Of a stretch of 36,380 nt of DNA, positions 1 to 10,774 are shown one piece after another. The position numbers and the translations under genes are program-made. The DNA is from Chrysochromulina tobinii (Eukaryota). Every line of letters begins with the position of its first letter. Positions within the stretch are counted from its first letter, which is position 1. Below the pieces are notes generated by a model. The model had not been told where the DNA came from. It did not search any database and was given only the letters and a program-made list of their open reading frames with translations. The DNA lies in assembly GCA_001275005.1 (NCBI GenBank), contig JWZX01002588.1:1-36380 (forward strand), given 5' to 3'.

Positions 1-56
1 GCCGTCGCCGCCGTCGCCGCCGCCGTCGCCGTCGCCGCCGTCTTCGCCGCCGCCGC

Positions 57-90
<34 letters not shown>

Positions 91-126
91 ACCGTTGCCG
101 ACGTCGTCACCGCCGCCGCCGCCGGC
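1..126. repeat. Degenerate (GCC/GTC)n trinucleotide tract
   Basis: GCC/GTC runs; encodes a Gly/Asp-rich stretch on the minus strand. Confidence 0.85.
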
Positions 127-1731
127 GACGCTGACGTCGACATCGCCAGCGAGGCGTGCATGCCTATCTTCCGATGTGTGAATGTGAACGCCGACGTCGT
201 CATCGCCAGCGAGGCGTGCATGCCTATCTTCCGATGTGTGAGTGTGAACGCCGACGTTGTCATCGCCAGCGAGGCGTGCATGCCTATCTTCCGGCTCCAC
301 CTCGCTCGAGCCGGCTGCTCCGAAGTGTGAATGTGAACCGGCTTCTCCGGGCCTCCGAGCGCGCGCCTTTCGCGCCCTTCGCCTCCCCTTGGCTTTGCCT
401 GCCGCATGTGCTCGAGACGACGCCTCAACGCCTCTCGCAATCTGTGCAATCTCCTCCTCTGCGAGCAGCCGATCTGCGCACATCTCCGCAGCGAGCTGCG
501 CCGCGTGCGCCGCGTCTGCCGCCCGCACCGAGGCCGCGCGTGCCGCCTGCGCCACGTGCGCCGACCTTGCCCGTTCCAGTTCCCTAATTAGGATCGCCTC
601 TCTCTCGCTCAACGAAGTCGTGCCCGCCACAACGCTCGTCGACGCGGCCGGCGCGGCCTGCAGCCGGCGCTCGGCCACGAGTGCGGCGCGAGCGAGCTCG
701 CACTTGAGCAACGCTTCTGTCTGGCGTAACGACGCGTTCGATGCGTCTGCTGCGTCCGCCTGCCCCTCTGGTGTCGTCCTCGGCGTCGTCCTCGGCATCG
801 TCGGCGGCGCGAGCGACGATGGCACGACACCGCTCCTTGCGAGCTGCGCCAGTGGGCACTTGCTGCTCGTGCGCTGCTGCGACGCATCGACCGCGCCCGC
901 CACGGCGCCCTCTCGGTTCGCCGGCGGCCGTGTGCCCATCACGGCGCCCGTGCGTCCCCGTCGGAGCATCTCGACGCACGCTGCGTGCTGTGCGCTCCCT
1001 GTGGCCTCAAAGGCCACGAGCGCTGCCTCAAGTGCCGACACGCGCGGCGGTCGATGGTGCGGCCGCGAAGGCTCGTGGTCGCGCGCGCCTGCCCCGAGCA
1101 GCACTGCGAGGCAACCAGCATGCCCACGACGTGCCGCGGCGCTCAGAGGCGTCTCGCCGCTGCCCTGGATCGCCATCACGTCGGCCGCGCGGGAGAGCAG
1201 CAGCCGCACAAGCGGCAAGTGCCCGCTGGCGCAGCTCGCAAGGAGTGGTGTCGTGCCATCGTTGCTCGCGCCGTCGACGGCGGCACCCATCGCGAGCAAC
1301 AGTCGTGCGATCTCAAGTTCGCCGTGCGCTGCCGCGATGCCGAGCGGCGAGAACCCGTGGCGATCCCGCGCGTCGACCTGCGCACGGCCTGTGAGCAGGA
1401 CCTGCACGATGCGCGTACGCCCATGCTCGCACGCCACGTGGAGCGGAGTCTGCTGGGAACTGGGCAGTGAGAGCATGGTATCCACGCCGTTGGCCAGCAT
1501 CAGGCTCACCACCTGGGCAAAGCCCTTTTCGCAGCACGCGAAGATCAACTCGCTGCATATTGCGAGCAGGCTCGCCTTGTCATCTCGCATGGCTGACAGC
1601 ATGAGCTGCTTCATCGCGGGCTCGTCGCCATCTTCGAGAGCCGCCTCGAGCGCCACGCCGAGCAGCTCCTCCTGCGACGATACCGACGTGTGCGCACGGG
1701 CGAAGGCAGCAGCCACCGTGTGGTTCAGCAT
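1..1731 (-). CDS. Ankyrin-repeat protein with low-complexity/coiled-coil C-terminus (3' end outside window)
   Basis: Hand translation from ATG 1731 gives ankyrin motifs QTPLHVACEHGRTRIVQVLL, FSPLGIAAAHGELEIARLLL, TTPLLASCASGHLPLVRLLL, ETPLSAAARRGHAGCLAVLL. The frame appears open to the window edge, which would explain its absence from the ORF track. Confidence 0.85.
128..293. repeat. 60-bp tandem repeat, about 2.7 copies (coding, EDRHARLAGDDDVGVHIHTS)
   Basis: Lines starting at 121, 181 and 241 align column for column. Confidence 0.95.
799..1279. repeat. Inverted repeat: 799-880 vs 1197-1279 (76/83 identical)
   Basis: The reverse complement of 1197-1279 matches 799-880 with 6 transitions and 1 indel. 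Confidence 0.95.
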
Positions 1732-1926
1732 GTGAGAGGAAGTGCAGGGACAATTTTTCACAGAGTGTGCTGGAGGTATACCCGTACTGTACCGGGGTAC
1801 TCGCTTTAACGCACCAAGTGCCAATGCATCCCCAGGTGATGCACAGACTAAATTGTACTACCGTTATCTGTGCTTCCACGCTCCGTTCACGGCGATTTCG
1901 TCCAGTCTGTCAAGTCGTCGTCGGCG

Positions 1927-3499
1927 ATGCTGCACGTCATCCTCCTCGCCTCCGCCGCACTCAGTCAGTCAGTCAGTCAGTTTCGTCGCGGTCCCCCCGC
2001 GCTCGCCGCACTCACGGTGAAGTACGACTCTTCACGTGCGGTAGCCATAGTCACCGAGCTCGCCCAGCGCAGCATTGGGGCTTTGCCTGAAGCCGAAGGC
2101 ACTGCACGCCTCAAGAGCTCCGTGCTCGAGCTGCTCGCTCCGTACGGCGACCCGGCACTGGGAGTACCTTCTGCTACCTTTGACGAGATCGATGCAAAGT
2201 GCCGTGCGCTCGAGGCCCGCAACCCCACAGGAGCCTCCACCGCGGTGGCCGCCCTCGATGGTGCGTGGCGCGTTCGATTCAGCGACGCGCCTCCGCCGTC
2301 TAACGGAGCCCTGGGCCCGCTCCGAGGCCGTGCGTTCCAAATCGTCGACGTGGCCAGCCGCACGTATCGCAATGAGCTGAGCCTCTTCGGCGGCGCTGTG
2401 CAGCTCTCACTGGCGGCCACCTTTGAGCAGCCGTCCGCCTCCAAGGCCGCGCTTCGCGTCGCCTTCCGCACGCTCACGGCGACGCTCGGCGGTGTGGCGT
2501 TGCCGTCGATCCAGTTCCCCACAGGCACGGAGCGTACGTGGCTGCTCACCTACACGGACGCCGACACGCGCGTCGTGCGCGCAGGCGTGGACGGAGGGCG
2601 CTCGACGGCGCGTGAGCTCGGTCTGATCAAGCAGGGAGAGGGCGAGTCGCCTGACTCGTACGCCGTTACCCTGATTGCGCCCTGATTACCGCCATTACCT
2701 CGTACGCCATTACCCGTGATTGCGCTCTGATTACCGCCATTACCTCGTACGCCATTACCTTAATTGCGCTCTGAGTTAACTGATTGCGCTCTGGGTGCGC
2801 CCTGAGTGCGCTCTGAGTACGCTCTGATTCGACCTCTCATCGGCCTCGGAGTGCAGGTACCTGTTCTACCTGACGCGGGCCCCCCCGGAGGAGGCAGCGC
2901 CCGCCTCGTTCTGGCGCGTCGTGTCGAGCACTATGGCCGCCGCAGGGCAGCGGCGCGCGCTCAAGACGGCGCTCATGCAGGCGTGTGAGGGGCAGCGCCT
3001 CGGTGCAGCCACGGACGAGGCCGGGCGTGCTCGCATCATCAATCTCATTCGGGAGCTCGAGCAGCTCAACCCGACCGCACGGCCAGCCCAGTCGACCAAG
3101 CTACTCGGCACCTGGCGCGTGGTTTGGACGACAGAATCCGAGCTGCTCGCGTTGACGAATTCGGGCCTCCTCGGGCTCCCTTGCCAGGGCGCCAGCCAGA
3201 CGATCGGGCGGACGGCGGCGGCGGACGAACGCGGCGCCCAACGCGGCGCCTTCGACTATTCCCTCTCGAACGAGATCAGCTTCGAGGGCGGCTTCCTGCG
3301 TGTTGGCTCCTCGTGCGAGCCGCAGGCACAGGGTGGGCGCGTCAACTTCCGGTTCGAGTCGTGTGCGGCCAAGTGGCGCTCCGTCCAGCTGCCTCTCCCT
3401 CCGGTCGGCTCCGGCTGGTTTGAGGTGCTCTACTTGGATGAGGACCTGCGGCTGTGCACCGACGTGCGCGGCGACTGGCAGGTGTGCATCAAGGGTTGA
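1927..3499 (+). CDS. Plastid lipid-associated (PAP/fibrillin) protein with two tandem domains; exons 1927-2657, 2857-3499
   Basis: Two fibrillin-type segments (LEARNPT...LDGAWRVRFS...WLLTYTDADTRVVR; LEQLNPT...LLGTWRVVWTTE...GWFEVLYLDEDLRLCTDVRGD). A GT-AG intron joins them in frame (..PDS|YLFYLTR..). N-terminus MLHVILLASAALS resembles a signal peptide plus transit peptide. Confidence 0.85.
2658..2856 (+). other. Spliceosomal intron (GT-AG, 199 nt) filled with CTGATTGCGC/ATTACC repeats
   Basis: GTACGC...GTGCAG; removal restores the reading frame; the downstream exon also starts GTAC. Confidence 0.85.
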
Positions 3500-3728
3500 A
3501 GGGGCTCGTTCGCACTGTGGCCGAACGCTCTTCTTCTCAGTCAGTGACGGGCACGGATTGGAAGCCCGCACATGCCCACTTAGCATGCACTCGATCTTTC
3601 CGAAATTCGAAACGTCTTTTGTGTGGGTTCTTGCACATCGCACGGCAGTTCCTGCCTGGATTAAATCCTGCGCGGATTCGACACTGCCGCGCTCTGCAGA
3701 GTGCCGCGACACCAGTTCCACACAAATC

Positions 3729-5171
3729 ATGAAGCTTCGCACCATCCTGCTCCTCCCTCTGCGCCTGGGTCGCCTACGGAAATCGTCGCGGCGTCGATAC
3801 ATTGTGCCTCTCGGCGACGCACCTCCGCAGTACAACGTTGCGCCTCTCACATCGGCGCAGGCAGCAGCTCATGCAGAGGCGGCACACATGTCGAGGCTCG
3901 CAATCGGCATCGCGGCAACGCGTGCAAAGCGCCTCGCGATGAGCGCAGATGCTGCCGAGCCTTGCCGCTACACGGACGATGATGCGTTTTTCGATGAGCT
4001 TGACCGCGATCAGCGCTTGAGGGTCGTTGGGCGCCACCTTGATCACGTTTCGAAACCATTACTGCTGCTCCGCGCCACGTGGCTCAAAGGGCACCACACA
4101 GATCGTCAGTTTCGGCTGCCCGCGACGCGCGAAGAGTTACCGGCGGAGGCCACGATCACCGTCGACGAGCTCCGGCAGATCCATAAGGAGTCGAGCGCGA
4201 AGGTCGCGCTACCGGTGATCGTACTCTCCCATTTTAGGCGAACCGCAGAGCACTCCGCTGATCCTCACGGTATCACAGCTCGCCTTCTCGTCGACGCGCT
4301 CGTGAAGCGGTGGCACGGCTTCACGAGGCGCGGCGTGCAGGAGCTGGGCGTGCTCATCGACTGGTGTGGCTGGGAGGAGGGTATGGACAAGGGTATGGAG
4401 GCGTCGCCCAGCGCCGATGCGTCACTTATGCGACAGGGGCTTTGGTTTGCTCACGCAGGGACGACAGTCTGGATGGCGACGACCAAGGGCGTCCCTGCGG
4501 AGCCTGCTGCAGGACTGAGCACACCGAGCGGTGAAGGCCATTCGTATTGGGCACTCGGCCATTGTGTGGCCGAGTTCGCACTGGCAAACCTCCTCAAGCC
4601 CGCCAGCAACTCAAGCACCGCCGACTGGCCACAACTCGTCGATCTTGGCAAAGAGGACGGGCCGGACGTTGCCTTTGACCGTCCGGCGCCCCTCACGCCC
4701 CTCGCGTTCCACTCTGGGCAACGGCATGGCGAAGATCTCGTCTACACCGCCCGTGCGCCGCGCGACAGCTTCGTGGCCCCCCTGTTCGAGCGTACGTGCG
4801 TCGAGCTGCTCAGCACCGTCGAGGAGCTCAACTTTAGCGGAGCGCGATGGGGTGACAAGGAGGCCGTGCAGCTGGCGCATGTGCTGCCGCTCTGCGTGCG
4901 CCTTCGGGTGCTCCGGCTCGAGAATAATGACCTGGGCGACGTCGGCGTGAGTGCGCTCGCGGTGGCGATGGCCTACCTGCCAGCCTTCGAGACCGTGAAG
5001 CTGCTCGGCAACCCACGCATTTCGCAGCGCGGCATGGCGGCCCTAGCGCGTGCGGGGGGCTCCAAGCCGCCGGAGCCGCCGCCAGACCGCCGCCCGAGCT
5101 TTGCACGAATGGCTGCGAAGCATGCGAACCTGCCGATGCTCTCTGCGGTGCGGGCGGGGCGTTCACCATGA
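3729..5171 (+). CDS. Degenerate HET-like domain plus C-terminal RI-type leucine-rich repeats (start uncertain)
   Basis: LRRs VEELNFSGARWGDKEAVQLAHVL, LRVLRLENNDLGDVGVSALAVAM, FETVKLLGN. Upstream VIVLSH...ADPHG...VLIDWC...HCVAE resembles HET-like motifs. Confidence 0.7.
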   Translation: MKLRTILLLPLRLGRLRKSSRRRYIVPLGDAPPQYNVAPLTSAQAAAHAEAAHMSRLAIGIAATRAKRLAMSADAAEPCRYTDDDAFFDELDRDQRLRVVGRHLDHVSKPLLLLRATWLKGHHTDRQFRLPATREELPAEATITVDELRQIHKESSAKVALPVIVLSHFRRTAEHSADPHGITARLLVDALVKRWHGFTRRGVQELGVLIDWCGWEEGMDKGMEASPSADASLMRQGLWFAHAGTTVWMATTKGVPAEPAAGLSTPSGEGHSYWALGHCVAEFALANLLKPASNSSTADWPQLVDLGKEDGPDVAFDRPAPLTPLAFHSGQRHGEDLVYTARAPRDSFVAPLFERTCVELLSTVEELNFSGARWGDKEAVQLAHVLPLCVRLRVLRLENNDLGDVGVSALAVAMAYLPAFETVKLLGNPRISQRGMAALARAGGSKPPEPPPDRRPSFARMAAKHANLPMLSAVRAGRSP

Positions 5172-5833
5172 CGTATGAGGATTCATGAGGAGGGCATGTC
5201 CGCACATGTTAGTCAGTTGACAAAGTCACTCTGAAAAGACGATCTCTTTCCTGAGCTACAATGCGTTCTAAGCTCAGTTCTAAGCTTCTAACTTATATGT
5301 ACCGGCGGAAACCCTCAAACGGATACGACGCGGAAGGTGTATATAGCGTGTACACGAGGGTCGGCGTGAAAGCACATGTGCTCGACACATGTGCATGGTA
5401 GTCCAGTCGAGTAGGGGCAGGGACTGAAGGTGCTGCTGCCCTGGGTTGCGGGTGGTGGGGCGCCCGTCGTACGGCTACGGGCCGGCGGCTTCGTCAGCTC
5501 CGACGAACGATCATTGACGAAACCGGACGAAACCGCGGACATGGCGAGGACCGCCGCAGCCTAACGGCAACGGCCGGCCTCCCACCACCTCTCTCAGGAG
5601 GTTGTAACTTGTATCATATAATGACGTCTAATACCGAACTTACGATACTAACTATCGTCTATCCCCGGGCGCCAGGGCCGGTATTTCAACTTCACCGCAC
5701 CCAACCGCGCCAACCTCCAACCGATCAATAACCTCACCTAGCAAGGACCACGGGAAGGCATCCTCCTGGTTCTTTCAGGTAAACATATTTGATATTAACA
5801 ACCCTTTGTCAACATACAACGTAGATATTGCAA

Positions 5834-8828
5834 TTAATTGCTTGAATCTGAATCTGAATCTGAATCTGCATCTGCATCTTCATCTTCATCTTCATCTTCA
5901 TCTTCATCTTCATCTGATGTCGAATGACAGCTATACATGGTGCCGACCCGAACTGCGTCACTTGCCCTGCCCATCGACTTCAGCAGCCGGACCACACCCT
6001 GTGCTGAGCTGCGCGTCTCCTGATGGGCATCGCCGTAGTGCGCGGTGCAGCCGTCAAGCTCCTCCATGAAGCATACCAAAGCCCCCTCCAGATCGCCTTG
6101 CGCCTGCAGCAGCGACCCAAGGCTGTAGATCGACCCTAGCGTGAGCGGGTGTGTGTCGCCCAGCGTCGCGCGCCTCACTGCCAGCGCCTCGCGGAACAGC
6201 GGCGCTGCGCCCTCCAGATCGCCTTGGTCCTGCAGCACCGACCCGAGGTTGTTGATCAACTGCACCATGGACAGGTGTGCGTCGCCCAGCGTCGCGCGAC
6301 TTTCTGCCAGCGCCTCGCGGTAAAGCAGCGCCGCACCTTCCAGATCGCCCTTGTCGTGCAACACCAAACCTAGTTGGTTGATCGACGTCAGCGTGTCCGG
6401 GTGCGCGTCGCCAAGCGTCGCGCGCCTCACTGCCAGCGCCTCGCGGCGCAGCAACGCAGCGCCCTCCAGATCGCCCTGCGCCTGCAGCAGCGACCCGAGG
6501 TTGTAGATCGACGTCAGCGTGTCCGGGTGCGCGTCGCCCAGCGTCGCGCGACTCGCTGCCAGCGCCTCGCGGAACAGCGGCGCCGGGCCCTGCAGATCAC
6601 CCTGCGCATACAACAGCGACCCGAGGTTTCTGATAAACGCCAGCGTGACCGGGTGCGCGTCGCCCAGCGTCGCGCGACTCGCTGCCAGCGCCTCACGGAA
6701 CAAAGGCGCCGCACCCTCCAGATCACCCTGCGCATACAACAGCGACCCGAGGTTGCTGATAAACGCCAGAGTGTCCGGGTGCGCGTCGCCCAGCGTCGCG
6801 CGACTCGCTGCCAGCGCCTCGCGGAACAAAGGCGCCGCGCCCTGCAGATCGCCTTGGTCATGCAGCAGCGACCCAAGGCTATTGATCGACGTCAGCGTGT
6901 CCGGATGCGCGTTGCCCAGCGTCGCGCGTCTCGCCGCCAGCGCCTCGCGGAACAACGGCGCCGCGCCCTGCAGATCGCCTTGGTCATGCAGCAGCCTCCC
7001 GAGGTTGTTGATCGACGTCAGCGTGTCCGGGTGCGCGTTGCCCAGCGTCGCGCGTCTCGCCGCCAGCGCCTCGCGGAACAACGGCGCCGCGCCCTCCAGA
7101 TCGCCTTGGTCATGCAGCAGCCTCCCGAGGTTGTTGAGCAGTTTCGACGTCCCGCGTTCCTCCTCGGGAAGCCGCGCGAGCGCCGCCCGTCCCCGGCTGG
7201 CCAGCCAGCCGCGCAGCGCCTCGGCGAGCAACGCATCGAGGCCGCGGTGCCCACCGGTGAGGCGCCGCTCTATCGCGTCGTGGATCATTGCCTCGTCATC
7301 CGGCGTGAAGCACACGGCCCGCCTCGAGTCGACGCGCGACACGGCCCTGGCGATCGCGTCGAACTCTGTTACCAACGCCGCTTCAAAGTCGACCGCCTCG
7401 GTGGGGGGTAGCTGCACACTCAGCCTCCGCCTTCCGGCCTCGCCGCCCGCAGCCACAGTGCAGAGCGCCTCCCACAAGATCCACGCGCGCCGAAGCGGCA
7501 CGGCATCGCGCCAAGGCGAAAAAACGAGGCACGTGTGCCCAATTGCGGCTGTCGTGAGCTGGAAGACGACATCCCAGTTGCAGGGCCGCTCGGCGCTGCC
7601 CACCTCGCCCAGCCAGTGTTGACTCTGCGAGAAGACGTCGAGCCAGACGTAGACTTCTTCCGGATTAGGCTGGCTTGCCGCAAAATCCTCGACGGACGAA
7701 ACGAGCTCGGCGAACTTGTACGCGCGCGCGTGCGAGACGAACGCGGTGGGCGCGGCCACGAATGACCGGCCTGACGCTGCAAGGTAACGCGCACGCAGAC
7801 ACGCGCATCAGTCATCCATCGAATGCCCCCCCCCTCCAGTGTGCACGATCCTCATGATGTGGCAGCTGGGCGCAGACCCGCGCGCGCGTCGGCTCCGCAT
7901 GTGCTTTCAGCACGCTATCAGTACGCATTACTCTGTTCGAGCGCGGAGCCACACCTTGGTCGACGGCGCCCACGCGCTGTAGACAGGCGGCGAGCGAGGC
8001 GCCTGCCCGCTCGGTGAGCGGCTTGCAAACTCGCTCGCACGCCTCCTCGGTCGTCGCGTTGCCGAGCTGCGGCGCGTGCGCGGCGGCGAATGCACGCAGG
8101 CACGCTACTGAGACGCCGAGGAATGGCCAGTTTGGTAGCGCGGCCACCGACGAGGCAGCCACCTCGAGCTCCGTCGGCCGCAGCGGCGCATGTCCCTCAG
8201 CTGCTAGTGCAAGGTCCTCGACGCGCACGCGCCAGCGCGTGCCGCCGTCGCCGCAGCGTTCGAGGAGGGTGATGCCCCGTCCGCAGTGCTGTAGCGTGTC
8301 CCACAGAGCGGCCGGATCGCCCACGGCGAGGGCCCGCCTCGCATCGCGCGCGTCAGCAGCCTCTGGCTCGAGCGTTGCGACACCGAGCCAGTTGAAGGAA
8401 CGAGTGGCTACCAGGTGCGGCGCCAGGCAGACCGCCGATGCCCAGATGTCACGGCCCGCGGCCCACGAGAAGACAACACTCGTGGCGGGGAAGGTGCCAA
8501 GCTCAACGAGCTTCCCGTCAACTCTCGTCCGCACCGCCCAAGATCCGTCCTCCTGCTCCTCTTTCAACACGCCCTCAGCACCCGGCACACTCGTCAGAGT
8601 CACCGGATCGCCAGGCTGCAGCGGCCTAGAGTGTTCGGGAGAGACAATCACCCTCACATCTGCCTGGCCCTCGCCCAAGTGCACGTCGAAGCCCTCTTTG
8701 GTGGGCTGAACCACGACGGATTGCGATAGCATCAGGCCAGGCAGATGCATGGACATGTTTGAGGCGGCGGAGTACGTGCGGCCCCACGAATAAGGCGGCG
8801 CAATTGGGAGGGTCACAGCATCGGGCAT
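5834..8828 (-). CDS. HET-like domain plus nine 42-aa TPR (kinesin-light-chain type) repeats; exons 8828-7955, 7776-5834; 5' end uncertain
   Basis: FVSHA..YKF, WLDVFSQSQH and PLRRAWILWE motifs, then repeats of DTLTSINNLGxLLxxQGDLEGAAPLFREALAxxRATLGDAHP. A phase-1 GT-AG intron joins two ORFs in frame (..VDQ|ASGRSFVAAPTAFVSH..). Confidence 0.85.
5843..5914. repeat. Graded hexamer microsatellite (TGAATC)4(TGCATC)2(TTCATC)6 encoding an acidic DE/DA/DS tail
   Basis: Read directly from the sequence. Confidence 0.95.
6020..7153 (-). repeat. 126-bp coding tandem repeat, 9 copies (TPR array)
   Basis: 42-aa periodicity with very similar nucleotide units. Confidence 0.95.
7777..7954 (-). other. Conventional GT-AG intron (178 nt), no flanking duplication
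   Basis: CAAG|GTGTGG...ACTGAT...TTGCAG|CG; restores frame. Confidence 0.8.
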
Positions 8829-8894
8829 CACCTCCTTGGGAAGCCTGACACACCGCGCGCGCGGGCCTCAACTTTCCCCTGTCCCCACAGTGGT

Positions 8895-8963
8895 TGTCGC
8901 GTCTGTCGTGTTAACGTTCACACGGGACACACCGGCTGTCGCGTCTGTCGTGTTAACGTTCAC
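8895..8963. repeat. 27-bp perfect direct repeat (42-bp period) in a divergent intergenic region
   Basis: TGTCGCGTCTGTCGTGTTAACGTTCAC at 8895-8921 and 8937-8963. Confidence 0.9.
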
Positions 8964-9308
8964 GGGGACACACGGGCACACGGATCCCAACCCACCAACG
9001 CACCCGCACCGCACGACCGCGCGACGACCGAATCCGCGGCCGCGGCTCAACAAACGTTCGAAACAAACGTACAAACCCAGCCGCAGCCCCGGAGCCGACC
9101 GCGGCACCGCGCCCCGCGGCCGAGTTAGAAGAGGCCGCCCCCTGCGAACCCGACCCTGCCGCCTTCCGCTCTCAGAGCGCCCCCCCGCGCCTGCTCAAAG
9201 GCGGTCGGCGAAATGAAGATTCAGAATGAATGTACCGGGTACTGTACCGGTAACGCATCAGTCTATACCGGTAACGCATGAAGTCCAGCATGGTTCAGCG
9301 GCCCCCGC

Positions 9309-10256
9309 ATGGTTTGTGCTCTGCCAGACACTGACTTGCTCCACCCGGAGTCCTGTCCCTGCAAGGAGCGTGTGGGTACGCTGGCCAAGCATGGGCTGCG
9401 TCGGCTCTGCCAGCCTTCGGTGCTATGCACGTTGTCGGTAAACGCGAGCATTGCGAAGGCGACCTTGCGGAGCCCACCGGCGGCGTTTGTGACTGTTCTG
9501 CATGCGGATGATCGCCATGTACGACCCAGGGGGCTCAGTGGCGCGCCCACGACTCAGTGGCGTGTTCAGGCAAGGCGGGTGGTCGAATTGGCCGCCAATC
9601 TACGGGCGGTCAATGCTTCACTGCCTTTGCACTGTTTGCTCACCGGCAGAAACTTGAGCGCTGTCAACATGACAGCTATGCGGATGCAGCACAATATGCA
9701 GCTGCACACGAGCTGGAAAGAGCCGACCGTGCCCACGTGGGCAAGCAAAATGCATCAAGCAACCTTCGCCAAGCTCTCCGTCATGAACGCAAGCTTGCAG
9801 CTCGGTCGGCGGCTCATCTACCTAGACACGGACATGCTCCTGCTGCGCAACATAGACCACCTGGCCAAGTCTCTCCCACCGGATGCACTAGCCTTCACAT
9901 TCCGAGCCGACCACGAGCTTGTGAACTCGGGCACCATGAGCTTTCACGTGAGCTCACAATCCCGCCTCGATGCGGCCTGGAGACTCATCGCCCGGGCGAT
10001 TGCGCGTCGCCCTTGGCAAGCATGCTCGGGTGACGGCGGCGACCAGCAAGTCTGGATCTACTTCCTAGCCCGCACGACGGAGCCGCTGATCGAGCTCCCA
10101 GCGTCATACAACCTTTACCCACCGCAGCTGGAGCAGCTTAATGACTCGCGGTGGTGTGAGAGGGCTCACGCCATCCACAAATCGAACAAGCTTGCGCGGG
10201 GTTCTTGCTTGGACTTTGTTCAGCGCTGGGAACGCAAGGCGCGGCGCGTCATATAG
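9309..10256 (+). CDS. Glycosyltransferase family 8 (glycogenin-like); start uncertain
   Basis: FAKL...RLIYLDTDMLLLRNIDHL (DxD), VNSG, GGDQQ, LPASYN and HK motifs typical of GT8. Confidence 0.8.
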   Translation: MVCALPDTDLLHPESCPCKERVGTLAKHGLRRLCQPSVLCTLSVNASIAKATLRSPPAAFVTVLHADDRHVRPRGLSGAPTTQWRVQARRVVELAANLRAVNASLPLHCLLTGRNLSAVNMTAMRMQHNMQLHTSWKEPTVPTWASKMHQATFAKLSVMNASLQLGRRLIYLDTDMLLLRNIDHLAKSLPPDALAFTFRADHELVNSGTMSFHVSSQSRLDAAWRLIARAIARRPWQACSGDGGDQQVWIYFLARTTEPLIELPASYNLYPPQLEQLNDSRWCERAHAIHKSNKLARGSCLDFVQRWERKARRVI

Positions 10257-10774
10257 CGTCATACGATAGGCGCGGCAGAGCAAGTGCAGTAAGTATGTAT
10301 AAGAAATGATAGCCGTTGTAGGAAGTTAATTAGAAGTTAACTTGAACGTGGTATACATGCACAAGTCCACTCCGGTCTCCGCTTGTCTCCGCACCATGCT
10401 GTGCCGTGCGCCAGTCGGACAATACACATTCCGCCACCAGACCACGCACGCGTCACAGACAGCTGCGAGACACCTTCATACCCCAGAGATGGCGCAAACT
10501 TGGATCGGCGCTAGATCGGCGCGGGTCTCACCTTCAAGTCCCGACCCCACGCCCGTGCCGCCGCCGCCGCCGCCGCCGCTTACCTTGCCTCTCCACTGCG
10601 CGACCATTGAACGCGGGCCCAAGACGCTGTGCGGCACGCTGTCGAGCCTCATACCCTAGCTGCTCCTCGCTGGCCTGTCTCGCGTTCGCACAAAGTGCCC
10701 CGCGTTCGCAGGAGCGCACAGCGTCCCTCGGACTGACACGCCTGCCCTGCTTGTCATAGGCGATTGCCGCGAGC

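Noticed and set aside
257..1735. 492-aa plus-strand ORF
   Set aside because: Antisense shadow of the ankyrin gene; its single ankyrin-like stretch comes from the inverted duplication.
10300..10774. Cobalamin riboswitch or small ORF next to metH
   Set aside because: No B12-box or other conserved elements recognised; likely convergent 3' UTRs.
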